A stretch of DNA of 64,000 nucleotides from Klebsormidium nitens (taxonomy: Eukaryota > Plantae > Klebsormidiophyceae): assembly GCA_000708835.1 (NCBI GenBank), contig DF236987.1:186001-250000 (forward strand), in the 5' to 3' direction. Numbering within the stretch: position 1 is the first letter of the stretch; every line of letters begins with the position of its first letter. The notes under the pieces were generated by a model. It was not told the DNA's origin. It did no database searches and was given only the letters and a program-made list of their open reading frames with translations. A program made the translations under genes and the position numbers. Shown here piece by piece: positions 1 through 13,300 of this stretch.

Positions 1-1012
1 AATGCACGCTCGAGTAAAACGCCACATATGCCTTCTTCGAGGTTCAGCCCATCTTCGAAGCAGCCGGTTTGAGTCCGACCATACTGGTTGATCAGCCCAC
101 TGATCGTTGGCATCATTCACACATTATCACTTGAGAACCGGGTCGATCTTCATTAAGGTTTCATATTAAGCCGGTTGCACATGCACCGTTCTATCTTATA
201 TGTTATGCAGATCTTTGTATGTAAAAGGCAGACCTAATGCCCCAACAATGTCGGCCTCTGGCCAGGTTAACAAAGCAATTGTCGATCCACAGGTCCATAC
301 GTTCGGCCCGGGCTGCAGAATTCAGGAGAAAGCAGATTGCCAAACTGATAATTAATCATGAGCATTTCAGGAAACGGGCAGCACGACAACAAGTGAACGG
401 ACCATTAGGACACGCATACCGGCCGTACTCGTTGTTCAAAGGACCCCATGTGACAACGCAAAACAGCATGATCGGACTGGTCTCCAGTCACTGGTGATTT
501 AAACCTAGGCCCGCCTGCCCAGAGCTCTTCGAAGTTCGATCAGGCTTCATACGTAATCATTGTTGAGAGAATCCCGAGTTCGGACAAGCAGATTCGAGAA
601 GTTACTTTTTGGTCGGAAGGAGGTACGTACCGACATGGGGGCCGCTACTTCGACGCCAGAAGATTTTCAAGGTCTCCGTGACCAGTGGCTATTGATTCGT
701 ATCGAACACAAGAGTTTTGGCCTGGAAGGCGGGAATACCGCCAGGTAACGTGGACGAAGCCCAGGTCCTTGCGGACGTCATGACGGGCGTCAGCATAGCC
801 CATGGAACAACATGCAAAGCTGCCATATGCAAAGGAAGCCATTGCCAGCTCCTGAATCCTGCGTTTGTTCACATTTCTCCTGTCTTTCAGGGATAGCTGC
901 ATTGGAGGGAAAGCCACCATATTGTAGGATCCGACCTTCATTTGGATATCTTGGTGTCAGCTTTCCATTGGATTTCTGCATCGCCGCCACCAACCAATCA
1001 ACAATTTGCAGC

Positions 1013-4000
1013 ATGGCTGGAGAACTGGAGAAGATCACGGTGAAGGGCACCGAGGCCAGCAAGGAGCCAGACTTTCCAGGATATGTGATCGGCGAGAAAG
1101 GTGCACCGGGGTTGGTTGTGCTGCAGGTAGGTGACTCAACAGCCGAATCACCCTAAACAGTGTCTGGCCTCGTTTTCTTTCTCCAGCAAGTTGTTGTCTG
1201 CTTGTCTAAGTTGTACTTTCCGGTTGATGTACTGTGGCCATTTCTGGGAAGGTTGCGGGGAGCAACTCTCTTGGAGAACTTAGTTGTACTTTGCAGCAAG
1301 GTTCTTGTGTCACCAGCTTGCACAATAAGGTAACAATTTGGAGTGCTGCGCTTGAGAATGCCTCGATTGTGGAAAATGCATCGCTGTTGGAATAGGATGG
1401 ATCCCTTCCGTCAACCTACAACGAAGATAACAATCAGGCAGATTAAAAGGGCTACCACATTCTGGAGCACCTAGTATTTGAGCTGATCGATGCAAGTCTA
1501 ACAGGATTTGATGCTTGCAAAGTTGCAATCCTCTGATGAGGGGAATGTATTTACTCAGGCCATGTCCCAACCTATTCACACAAATGAAAGATCGGTACCC
1601 CCCGTCACTTTGACCAAGCAAGTGCTGTAACAATAAAAGTAAAGCCTTTTCCATCACCGCTGTTTGTTGGGATTGCCTGACGGTCGACGCCTGTCTCTGC
1701 AGGAATGGTGGGGAATTGATTATGAGATTAAGAAGCAGGCCAAGATTGTGGCTAGCAAAGGCTTCCGCGTGCTGGTACCAGAGTAAGTTTTCTTCCCTTA
1801 GGACAGTGTTTATTTCATGGATGTTGTGCGGGCGCCTGTGCAACTTTGATCCATGGCACTTGAACAAGCTATGGCAGATTGCTTCGCTCGACAGTGCGCC
1901 CCACCAATGTGAGCCCCAGTGGGGCCACATTATCAGATGGGTCCTTGCTCATGCGAAATGCAGGTTGCGGTCTCGTGAACTTTCTCTGCGACACGTTTCT
2001 CTACGAGCTGCCAACATCAAGAACGTCGCCTTCTTTGACTCTGTTGTGACTTGTGGAAGATGATAGCGTTTTCAACGATAAAGCTCTACCTTGGGAGAAA
2101 GGTAGCGGTACTCTTCAGGGGCTCAGGTCCCAACCACCACTGACTAGAAATCAAACAGACCAAGCTCGTCCTTGAAAAGCCAAATCTTGGGCTTGGTAAG
2201 CACTGGGTAACAAACTATATGAGTTAGGCAAGCTAAAACATTACTTGCATCACTGAGTTTGAAGTTGCTCATCGTTTTGCTATCGTTCATTACCAATCAT
2301 CTCATCATTATTGTTTGGCTTTGTTGCTCATTCTTTAGTTGTCCCGATCAGCGTCAAAGTACCGTGCGCCTACTCAGGGCGAACAATAGCCGGGGGAGCA
2401 ATTCGAGGTTTGCAGCTTCCATCCAAACAAACCCAGATCTTTTTTCAGAGACATGACGCCCGTGGCTGATAGTGCTGCACGCTACCATACGGGTTGTCAG
2501 CTTTCTACAAATGTACTTTTTTCGTTTCTGTGCAGCCTGTACCGGGGAAAGCTTGGAACTAATATGGAAGGTAAGCAGGTTAAAAAAGCTGGCTGCAGAT
2601 CGTCATGAAAAGGATGGCGATCACTCATCCGATCCAGCTGAGAGTCCAGTTAGAAAATTGGCACCAGATAAAAGCGGTCTGTGAAAGTGGTCTGTCGAAC
2701 GTCAGAGAGTTGCTTGAACGTTGTTTCACCATACCAGGTTCCGAGAGGATTTCGCGACCTTGTTCATGTCGAAGTCGTGGTTCAGACCAACTCGTCAACC
2801 AATCAACGTGCGCAGTGAAGTCCTCTTTTGAGAAATACCAACGCTGCTGGTTTGAGTTAGCCTCTTTGCCTCCCTTATCTGACCAAGAAGGTTTACAAAA
2901 CGCATTTCTCCCTGCCCAATCAACGCTTCACTGTCCCTGCCCAGTCAACGCCTTCCTGAAAACAAGCTTTTGCTCTGTGACCATCCTTGGAGACAAGCTG
3001 AACACTCTTCCGCTCTCTTCCGCTGACGTCGTTGTCCAAGTTTATGCACTTAGTCGCCAAGCTCGGGAGGCAATATCTGGTCGCCCGAATCAACCTGTAA
3101 GGCGATGGTAGCAGATGCTTGATTCAGAGCACGACTGACTGATCTCCCGGCGGGCCTTTCCTTTTGCAGAGGCCCACCACTTGATGGACAATTTGGACTG
3201 GTCGAACTCCGTTCAGGACATCACTGCGTGCGCGCGGCACCTGCTCCAGGAGGGGAGCCCCAATGTAAGATCGACGGAGTACTTGACGAATTGGGTTAAG
3301 GAACTTTTCACGCTTTTTAAATAGTATCTGCTTCAGAGTGCTACCTTAAAGAGGCCGTCTACGCAACGTCATCAACCGGGCCACTTTTAGCAGGGTCCAG
3401 CGCTCGGGTCACAACCTCCGATACCAACTTCTTGGCGACAGAACACCAAAAATCCATGCTTCGCCGTCGCTGTCTGATGTCAGGCGTTCCGGGTCCCAAG
3501 ACGCCCTCTTTAAGTCCGGTCTTACCTCCATATTGGAATGCTTTAGTCTTTATTGAGCAGATTGCTGGGATCGGTTTGACTTATACTTTTGCTTAGCAGT
3601 GCCAACAACACCGAATTGAATCCTTATCAACGGAACTCCGAAACATTCACCCCAGAATTGTAAACCCTATAAACGCCGCATTCTCTCAATCGCGTGTTGC
3701 TTTCGGTTCTTCTTGGGGCAGCAGCGCACACCACCATTTTCTGCCGCTTGACTCAAACCTCAGTTCGCACCTGCCAAAATCAGTCCGTGCCTCTGAGCCG
3801 TGTTATGGTTTCAAATGGCCAAGACCCTGTGCTAGGCTCAGATCGTTGTCAATTTAGGCCGGCCAGCTTCTGAGAGATGTGCGGTGTTCTATCTTGTCTC
3901 CTTCCATGGAACCGCGTAAAGAGCCACTCTTCGTTTCTGTCGTCTACATTCGAGCGGTATGTTGGATTTGTTCCGGGCCAATTCTTCCACACTGCACTTG

Positions 4001-5267
4001 GCGAAGTCTGCTCAGATTCTGTCTTTGACGCTGACAAATCTCATAGAACGAAGTCTGCAGGCAATCCTCAATTAGCCAACGATTGAGAAACCCATAACCT
4101 CACCAAACCCGGTCGCTAACAGCATCCTAACCTCTCCTTAGGTCGGAGCCGTCGGTTTCTGCATGGGCGGCGCACTGTCCGCCGTTGCCGCCATCCGCGT
4201 CCCCGAGATCTCCGCGGCCGTCGTGTTTTACGGCACGCCCAACCCGCAGCTGGCGGATGCTGCCACGTGTCAGAAGCCGGTGCAGGCGCACTTCGGCGAG
4301 GTGGACGGCATGAAGGGCTTCTCCGCGCCCGAGGTACGTCTGCTGCTACGTCAGCACGACGGCAAGTAGTTTGCGTGAAGTCTGGGACGTAGAATCGGGT
4401 TGGTGGTCGGAATATCCAAAAGCTGCGCTTTGCGACGGGTCTTTCCTTTTTCCCAAATTTTGGCGATCGATGGGTATTAAGTTACGTGCCTAGAGACGGT
4501 TTGGAGTTTCTGTCACGGGGGACGGGTCTTGCAGTGAGGTTGCGTGTCTTGGCGGTGTTATTTACGTTACTTGACTGCCGTTTCTTTCGATTCCCGGGTA
4601 TTTTGTCAGACTTCCGAGTTTCTTCAGCATGACGGAACACTCTATAATGGCACAATAACAGGGCATCCCTGTGTCACGGAGCCATTTCCGCAGCCGACCT
4701 GATTCGGAAACTTGCTCTTTTTCCATCCTCGATTCCATAATCTCGCTCACTGAATGAAACTCTGGCGAACTCAAGAGTAGTCGTAGAAAACGCTGGAGAT
4801 CCTGAATTGAGACAGGACACTTCAGGTGCGATTGAGCATCAACATAGACGTCGAAAGTGTACGTCCTCCATATGATACGCTAGCAGTTGGCTTGCAAGTT
4901 CGCTGTCCTCCTTGAGCTGCTACATCTTCCATTCCAGCTCCGCAGTAATGGCCCCGTTCCCAAACAAAGCCGTTGTATAACTTTTCGTCTCCAACAGCGA
5001 GACAGGAGGTCATCAACCCGCGCTTGAATTCAAACCCTTATGCACGTGCCGTCTCAGGACGCCAAGGCCTTCGCGGACAAGCTCGAGAAGGCCGGGTGCA
5101 CCCACGAGCTGCACATGTACCCCGGACAGGGGCACGCGTTTATGAACCAGTCCCCCGAGGCCGTGGAGCGGAAGAAGTCGATGGGCCTGCCGGAACACGA
5201 TCAGAGCACCGTTGACCTCGCATGGTCCAGGACCTTCGCGTGGTTCGACAAGTACGTCAAGGCATGA
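1013..5267 (+). CDS. Dienelactone hydrolase / carboxymethylenebutenolidase family protein (alpha/beta hydrolase), 6 exons, ~241 aa
   Basis: Exons 1013-1126, 1703-1782, 2536-2570, 3170-3264, 4142-4333, 5058-5267. All introns GT-AG with consistent phase; total 726 nt. Motifs: LQEWWG, PDLYRGK, nucleophile elbow VGFCMGGA, FYGTP, catalytic His in GHAFMN, C-terminal AWSRTFAWF. Confidence 0.93.
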
Positions 5268-6316
5268 TAGGAACTGGGTGTTGAAGTTGTTATATTCTGG
5301 TGTTGGAGCCCGGGTAAGGTGCGTTTTGGTTTTGAGGATCGACGCAGATCCAGTTGTGCACGAGCAAGTCAAGTCAGTTGACATTCGTCAGCGGCCTGTT
5401 TATCTCTCTTTACAGTTTGTAAGGATATATAGCGACCGTCAACTGCATCGACTATGTCATGCGACTAAGTTGCTTTGCGTAGCAGTTCATGCGATCCACC
5501 GGCTGCTCATGGCAAGTGCATGCCACAGTGGTAGCTAGGGGGGGGCAATTATGGTACCTGTGGCCAAACGTTTTCAGTTATCGCGGAATATGCAAGACCT
5601 TTAAAAGAATGATAAAGTTTTTCCGCAAGGTGAATGCCACAGCATCTAGGTGAGTTCAATTATCAATGATTATAATGCCACATGAGCCTGAAAGCTTTCC
5701 TTCACACATAGCAAGTCACACGTACAATGACAGACTGTTTTCCATGCACTTCGTGGATTTTGCGGAAGTGCACATCCTAAGAAAGCCGGTCCATACCATG
5801 ATCAGTGCCCAGCACTGCCGCCACTGCATATTAGGCCAGATCGAAGATTGCTACATACCTTTTTATGCTATTGAGACAGCAATGGCCAACAATCTGACTG
5901 CTTGGAAACATTCAATGCTCCGATCCTCTTTAGCAACTCCTGGAAACAGGCTACAACATGCCAGCAGCGCACTTCATTGATTTGGATTCGTTGTAAACAA
6001 CACCTTCACAAGGGATACTGGACATTCTGGTCTAAATAGCTCGGATTCCTCCTAACAAAGGGGACCAGAGTACTCCTCTGGATTAGACGCCTACACTGCT
6101 CATTTGCTTAGAACTTTCAACTCATCTTCAAAGTCGACCTGACAAACTCTAGAACCTGAACTGTTTGCGAAGAAGAATCACATTATGACCGATTGACTGC
6201 TTCCTTAAGAACATCAAGTCCATGGTTGGGACCTGGCAAAAGGATACCTGATTATCTATTGGAATCTCTACCAGTGGCCTGCCTCGTTGGTCGAGCACAA
6301 CTGATCAACACTTGTA

Positions 6317-8653
6317 TTAGTACCACGTATTGGTGTCATCCCCAGACTCAGAGCAACTATCTAAGGCTTCCGCGGCTTCGAGAGGAGTCCGTGGACTGAC
6401 GCCAGTGTCCATGGATTTCGTATCGATTCTCCCTTGAGGTGTCAAAATTGTGCTTTTCATCCAAAGCCTGCAGGCAGATTGCAATACTGTCAGGCACTTG
6501 ACTTGCGCCAAATTAGGGTAGGAACCAAATGATGTAATCACCTCGGTCAGGCAAGCAACAACGCCTTGCTTCTAGCACCTTAGCTCTGTTGAAATTAAGC
6601 ACTACAAGTCATATTCTGAATCAGCAGCAACGCTAAAAACATCAATCGTTTATCCTGTTTGGACACCTACCTTTGCAAGGAAGAGTAGCACACAGCAAGG
6701 TCTTGTTCAATGTAACCAGTCAGTGTGACAAGCGCACTGGACCATGGTCCATTCGGACACACGATGCGTGAGTGGCCCATGTAAAGCAGGGTGGCTGCCA
6801 GGAGCGATGGTCGGAATTGCAGGAGGTGAGGATCTGCAAGAAGGACAACCTACGATGAATAACGTGTCCCACTAAGATTCTAATGCATTCACTGAGGTAC
6901 CCTAAGATGAGTAACAGTGGTGCTGCTAGTAGCCACAACGATCTTTGACGACTGGTACGAATACCAAATGCTCCATGATGGTCAAGAAGCAACTTGCAGA
7001 TAGGCTGCAATACCCTAGGACTCGCAACTAGGTGGGAGTTGGTCCCTGGCCAGACCCATTGGATCTTGTTGGTGGATGCCAGAGCAGATACTGGTGTATA
7101 TAAGACAGAACGACCGGGAAAATAAAACTTGGAGCAAAGCTGAAAGCCTACTGCTGGTGGTCAAAGTGCGATGAAACAACTCCAAGCAGCAACTTCCGAG
7201 CTGAGTGTCACGGCTGACACTTTTATGATTGTTGTTGCAGACCAGGATTGCAGTCCTCACCTAATATGCACAGGTCCGCAAGTTTCCCAAGCCTGTCTCT
7301 CATGAACAGAAAGTCGGCCTCTTCAGCGCACCCGGTGGCCCACATCTTCTCATATCCCTCAAGGAAGATGTCCAGGAAGCGAGCAGTGGTTGCCGGCGCC
7401 AGTTTCCAGCCAAGAGCAGAGAGGACCTTCGACTCCATTTGGCTGATCATGGTTGGTGAGAAGGTGTCGCTGGTCAGGTCGCTGAGGGTAGCCAAGGACA
7501 TGGGTCGCTCCTCATCCTCGATTTTGACTGCATGAGAATGATGGAAGGGTTTGCAACTGGCGTATGGTTCAGCTGCCTTCTAGATTGTGCTTGGGAAGGA
7601 TCCTTTGTCATATGCATCACTCGCATTGTGCGGGAAGGGTTTTGAGCAAACAGTGTCAGTGAGTATTTACTTTGGATCATCTTTCACGATTCTTTTGGCC
7701 AGAAAAAGGAGTGCTGAGCGCCGCGTGAGTTCAAGATTGTGTAACATGCACTGCAGGGGCGGAGCGCTCCTTCTATGAGCATTTTCATTAGAAACGAAAT
7801 GAATGTTCATCAGCCTGGCGCTGATTCATGACTGAATACGCATATGCGCATGATTCAGAGTGATAGATGTGGCCAGAATGCACCTAAACCTCCATCCAAT
7901 GGCAATGACAATTGTTGGATGATGCTGGACACAATATACTAAAGGGACTGTGCTCATGCAACCCATAGATGTCAAAAAACCCTTTCCATAGAGCAGCATC
8001 GCCCCGCTGAGGATCTAAAAAAGGTCAAGGTTTGCAGCTACAGATCAAAGCGCTGGACTGACGGTCACTTCAATGACCACGAAGGCAAAGGTGCCAGGGT
8101 TACAGTTGGTTCACAATGGACCTTGACAGCCGTTGAAGGCTCTGACCGAGAGAGAAGGAGAGCAATCCTGCAAGGCCTGCTGAGAAACCAATTTGCAAAG
8201 GGTTGATCCAGAGTCTCGCAAGCAGACAAGATTAAAACGGGCCACAAATGTGTCTTGCAAAACTTCTCCAAGCAGAGGGAGAAGGCACCAACCTGCTATG
8301 TACAGGCATGCCGCCAGAAGCAGCTGCAGTAAGGACTCCGGGACATTGACTGATGATGCGAAGCGATCCATCATTAACACACACGAATGTACAGTCGTGG
8401 ATCCAAACCCCAGCTCTCCTTGCAGCTCAAGGAGCCAGGAGAGCAGCATGGCCCTCCTCTTGAGGTAGAACGCAGATGGCCGCAAGTCCAAAGTGGCCTC
8501 AAATCTCCTGAGCAGCTGATGATCCCCTTCAACACCGCTTGTGCTGCAAGGGATGGTGTCATCTCCGGCAAGGAGATTTGATACCTTCCGCGCGCGAGGG
8601 CTGCTCATTCTGGCGGATGTGCCCTGCAGGCTGCTGCATTCTGACACCTCCAT
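6317..8653 (-). CDS. Divergent cyclin (Cyclin_N + Cyclin_C folds), 4 exons, ~313 aa
   Basis: Exons 8653-8293, 7527-7261, 6833-6671, 6467-6317; total 942 nt, phases consistent. Cyclin box RRAMLLSWLLE...MDRF...LQLLLAACLYIAVKIED, then MESKVLSALGWKL..TTARFL and C-box QFRPSLLAA. Start codon is tentative. Confidence 0.85.
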
Positions 8654-8951
8654 AGGGCAGAAGTGCGAAGCTGCGGATGAAGGAGCGCTGGCGGCGGGGC
8701 GATACCAATACCATAGCACGGGAGAGATTCGGTGGAGGCTGGGCAGTGACAAGGGCAGAAAAGGAAACACAAAATTGGCGCCTCAAAGACGGACGTGCTC
8801 CATTTGACGAGGTGTGACTCATGAGCTACAAAATTGCGGTGCAGATAGGCAGAAGGCCGCTCTTGTCTCTTGTGAGTGCGAGTATTGAGCAATGCAGGGC
8901 GAACCTGGACCGAACGAAGGTGATCATGCAGCGTGGGTGACAGGGATTGGA

Positions 8952-8959
8952 TTTGGCGC
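8952..8959 (+). promoter_or_regulatory. Possible E2F site (TTTGGCGC) ~300 bp upstream of the cyclin ATG
   Basis: Matches the TTTSSCGC consensus. A related ATTGGCGC lies near 8773. Short motif that could occur by chance. Confidence 0.25.
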
Positions 8960-10189
8960 AGACTGAGCGCAACTGTATACGGCCACTTGCAGGCCGTTTT
9001 GATATTGCGGTACGGTATGCCCAAAAATTAATGCTGTGTGTCCTGTTCGTGAGTGCATTCCGACTGGTGCGGCACTGCATGAGGGGACATGGGCAGAACC
9101 CGGAGGTTGACACAGGGTCGACACGTCCCACAGAGATCTCGGCACTGAGCCAAATATCTCGGTGAGGTATCCTCGCAATGGACGGTTCAAAGCTCCGCAA
9201 GTAGGAGGCGCGTGATCGTGGCCGTCCATGATGGATGCGGGCCCGAGGAACCTGTCAGGAATTTGAAGCGTCGTGCAAAACGACCCACACGTCCTCTTCT
9301 GCAAATCGGGCCTGACAGGAATCTTGACCAACTAACATGCCGAAGTCAGGGCTTCCGAAGGCACGAAAGTCAGTTAGACAGATCTCGCCGCACAGATATT
9401 CGGTGAAACCGGAAGAGGATGCAAGACGACCCTTTTTTACAAGGCCTCTTATTTTTGGCGGCAGACAGCCGGAAACGATTGTCCTCCGCGTTCAAAGTTC
9501 AAAATTTGGGCTCCAGGAAGGTGCCTTCTCCGATGCCGGTTTCCTAAACGTAACCCATTTGGCAGCAGGGAAAAACAAACTTGCAGGCTCTGCTCGAGAG
9601 TCGGCATTATTGACGCTCTCGCACTGTCGCATGACGTGGCTGGCACTGTAGGCCCATGCTGGCCCAACGCCGACGACGGAATTTAGAACTCGAAGCGCCC
9701 GTACAAATGACCTTCTATATTCCGACCCCACCTAAGAATGATAAGTAGGTATATGCGACTACGTCGTGGAATATTCAGCGACCGAGCAATAATCATTCCA
9801 CACATCTACCCAGTCATGGAAGGACACTGAAAATTGGAAAGTGGCGATATGACTTCCCCACAAATCGGAATGTTATCTATGCAAATCAAAGCGCTTGACC
9901 ATCAATTCATCATATCTAGAGTGCGACGCGTCGAAAGTTCGAAGTTCGAACACTTCCGATTAGCACATGACCTGGCCGCCGAATGGAAGCTGAGCCGTCC
10001 ATTTGATTAATATTCCCAAATCTAACCGTCAGAAAGGCTTCGTCTCCTGGGTTGCAATATACGGCACATGATAGTGCCCCCTTATACGTATCATAGCATA
10101 TGCCTTCTACCATAAGCTTACAATCCCAGGTTTTCAGAAACCTGACGCGCTCTTTCTACTGGTATACGCTGCACCGTAGAGATCGGTCA

Positions 10190-10209
10190 TCCAACGGTCA
10201 AAACGGTTG
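10190..10209 (+). promoter_or_regulatory. Possible MSA-like elements (TCCAACGGTC, AAACGGTT) in the cyclin/PurL divergent promoter
   Basis: Exact match to YCYAACGGYY followed by a second AACGG. It lies closer to PurL than to the cyclin. Confidence 0.2.
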
Positions 10210-10397
10210 TCACAGCCTCAACCCGGAGAGGTTAGGGCACTCGTGTTAAGACCACGCTTCATATCCTATGCGCATCTGGTGGATGCGCCAAGGTGGCGGG
10301 GATCACTCTCGAATCACGACAACACTTGCCAAAGTTGCTTCGTGGGAGAATGTTTTCCTAGCTCTGCAGGAAGTTTTGAGAAGCCAGAGTTGGCGTC

Positions 10398-13300
10398 ATG
10401 GCGGCCGGATGCTTGCAACATTGCTTGCCCGCCGCATCTATTTTCCCGACGTGTTCGGTGGGTAATCCAATTTCGCCAAGAGGGTCTAGGCCATTGCAGG
10501 GCGCGGTATGGCCCAGGTACGTAGCAGTCGCAATTACGTGGAAATCTTTCCGATGGTGTGTTGGTCACTTTTCTCTGGGGAGGTTGCCTTTCCAAGCTAA
10601 AAATTCGCATCGTCTGTCAATGCAAGGTGTCAGACCGCTGAGCGGAAAGGAATGCTGGGTTTACAGAATGGAGTAGGCGGCTTTCTGTGCAGACGGATTG
10701 AGCCAGTATGCTACACCAGGTCAATTTCTGCCAATCATCATTTCTCGGTAAACATATCGGCCAGGAAGTGCCTTAATTGCATTACTTCAAAAGGTGGTAA
10801 TGGTCGCTGCCATTTTGATCTTGCTGCAATCGCTTGAAACACAAAAAGAACAGTTGGTTCTATCTGAAGAACTGCCACCATGTTTAGCCATGGGTTGTAA
10901 AATGTCAACAGGCTGGATTGAAGCAAGGGAGGAAGGCAAAGCAGATAGTTTGCTACAATGGTGGTGCAAACCCTAATTTGAAGACACTGCGCTCATGGCA
11001 GGTTTGGAAGCTGCTCGCCGCACCAAGCCGCCCCTGTCGAAAGCCCTCTTCGCAAAGCAGGGTCGCTCTTGACAAGACAGGGTTTCTCCATTTTCCTGAA
11101 AACTGCAAGGGGTAAAACCCTGGGAAGAAAGCTAATTTGTGGTGGTGTGATCAAGGCTCAGGCTGTGGCCCAGAGCGAACAGGTAAGGCTTGATAAAGTC
11201 CCACGGAATATGCCTCCACATGGCAGCAGCTGTAGAGTAGGAATAATTTGTCAACGCGAACACAGTCTTGTTGCTCAAGCGCACGTCGAACTGATTCAGC
11301 ATTGAATTTTGCTCGAGGCTCTAGTTCTGGTTATTGCTCACCAACTTTTCATCGTCATCATTATCATGTAGATGATGGCGAGCTCAGCTCATTGGGGCTC
11401 GTAAAGTCAATAAACAGTGAAGAGCAGCTGTGTGCTCTCATAACCACGCATTGTGACAATTTCAACTTGCGCCGACACACGACCTAGAGTGGTCGAAAGG
11501 TTGTTTCCGAACACAGTATTGCCAAGCAAGATGGACGCACAGGTTGGCAGCATGTCTTGATTGGTGATCAAGCAATAGTACTTTGAAGATTCAAAAATAT
11601 TTCTCCGTAGGCAACAGCCGTTTCTACGGACGTTCAAGATGCTTCACAGGCGACGGTCACACACCTTTTCAGGCGGCCTTTGCTTTCACCGGCTGCCACC
11701 GCCTCTCTGCTTAGACAGGTGAGAGAAGCAACTGATGATGATGGGAAAAACAAGTTGCCGAACAAGAGCTGCTCGAAGCAATCTACTGAAAAAGCATCAC
11801 TATACTAGGGATCAGTATCAGGATCGTTGGACGGAAGAACTTTTAATAACACAACGAGACGAGCAATCGGTGGGGTGGTTCTACTGTCTCAAAAGCAACA
11901 AGGCGCTTGAAATCACCGGGTCGGTGGTGGGTGGTATGCTTGCATCTATTATCATCAGGGTGTTGAAAGACTACTTCCCTCAGAGTCCCTGTTCTCTGGC
12001 CTGACAGATCGATCCATTGGGGTGGCGAAATCATGCGGTTGCCTTCTCAGCGGCACATCAATTCATGGTCGGTGTTGTCTTATTGTAGGTGCAAGAGAAG
12101 GTCTCGTCCGAGGTGGAGGGCCTTGAAACTGAGCAGGTGCGTTGCCTCGACCTTGTCTTAATCGAAGTTCATCTGTCGTACTTCGCCATACTCCTTCTTC
12201 CAAGTCTGTTCTTTAATTCCACTGATTACGTGCAGTGCTTTACCCATCATTGATGCCTATTCCGCACACCCGCAGATATGACCACTTTGTTTGGTCCCAA
12301 GCTGGTGCAGCGATTATTCCTCCATTTTTCCACGAGCGATTCACTTTGGCTACTTCCACTACATTTTTATATGCACCCCCAACAGTTGTGGCCAATTTTA
12401 GACCTGTTTTGCTGCTTGAAATCAAAGTAGATGTTCCACACATTTGACATGTACTTATAATAGCGTGTTCAAGAGCCACCTTTCCACAACTGCAGCCGGC
12501 TATTGTTATGGTTGTGTGGCAGGAACTTGGCCTATCCTTCTGCTTAAGAACTGACGGTAAACAAGAGGCCCTGGTTTGAGCCAAGTTTTTCCTCCTGCAG
12601 TGCTACAACATTGCCTTGACAGGCCCACTTGATGCCAAGCAGTGGGAGACTCTCACGTGGCTCCTCACAGAGACCTACGAGCCGGAAAACTTTGGCAAGG
12701 AGAGCCAGCTCTCTGATGGGGCAGAGGGGCGGATCGTTGAAGTTGGTCCCAGGCTGTCGTTCCAGACAGCCTGGTCCGCAAACGCGGTGTCAATCTGCAA
12801 GGCATGCGGGCTGCCACAGGTGTGCTTTACACTACGCTTTAAAACCTGGTGATAGTCTCTGGGGCATAGCTTGCGGCAAGGGGGATGCGGAGAGTTGTAC
12901 AGTGATTTTGCAGCAATCAGGCCAGAGTAGTGGCGGTGATCTTAAAGGAAGCATTTGTATCGACCAAGGTGTTCTTGACGTTACAAGGGAGCCTGTTCGC
13001 TACGATGTCTTTAGAGCTCAAGATGAGTGGAAACGTGAAGTCGGGGCAAGTCGACCTTCGGAGTCGAGGAGGCCTTGTGAGCATGAGGAAGTCGCAACCC
13101 CCTGCAGCGATGGGTCTCTGCTTTGGATCAGTGGATATTGGGGCGCTTAGGTGCTGTTCAATCTGGCGGTCAAGCGCTTGTTGGTTGCGTCCCTTAATCA
13201 TCTAGTAGTATTCATTTCAGTCTTTTCGGGGTGGATTTCTGTTTGTAGTCAGACAGTGCCGGTTCCCACCACGCAGATCAGAGGCTCCATGACTTGTGCA

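Noticed and set aside
1310-1930. 206-aa minus-strand ORF inside the hydrolase gene
   Set aside because: It has no recognisable domain or transposon motif and overlaps exon 2 antisense, so it is likely chance.
9930-9958. Heat-shock element (gaaagttcgaagttcgaa)
   Set aside because: The GAA/TTC spacing does not give three correctly phased nGAAn units.
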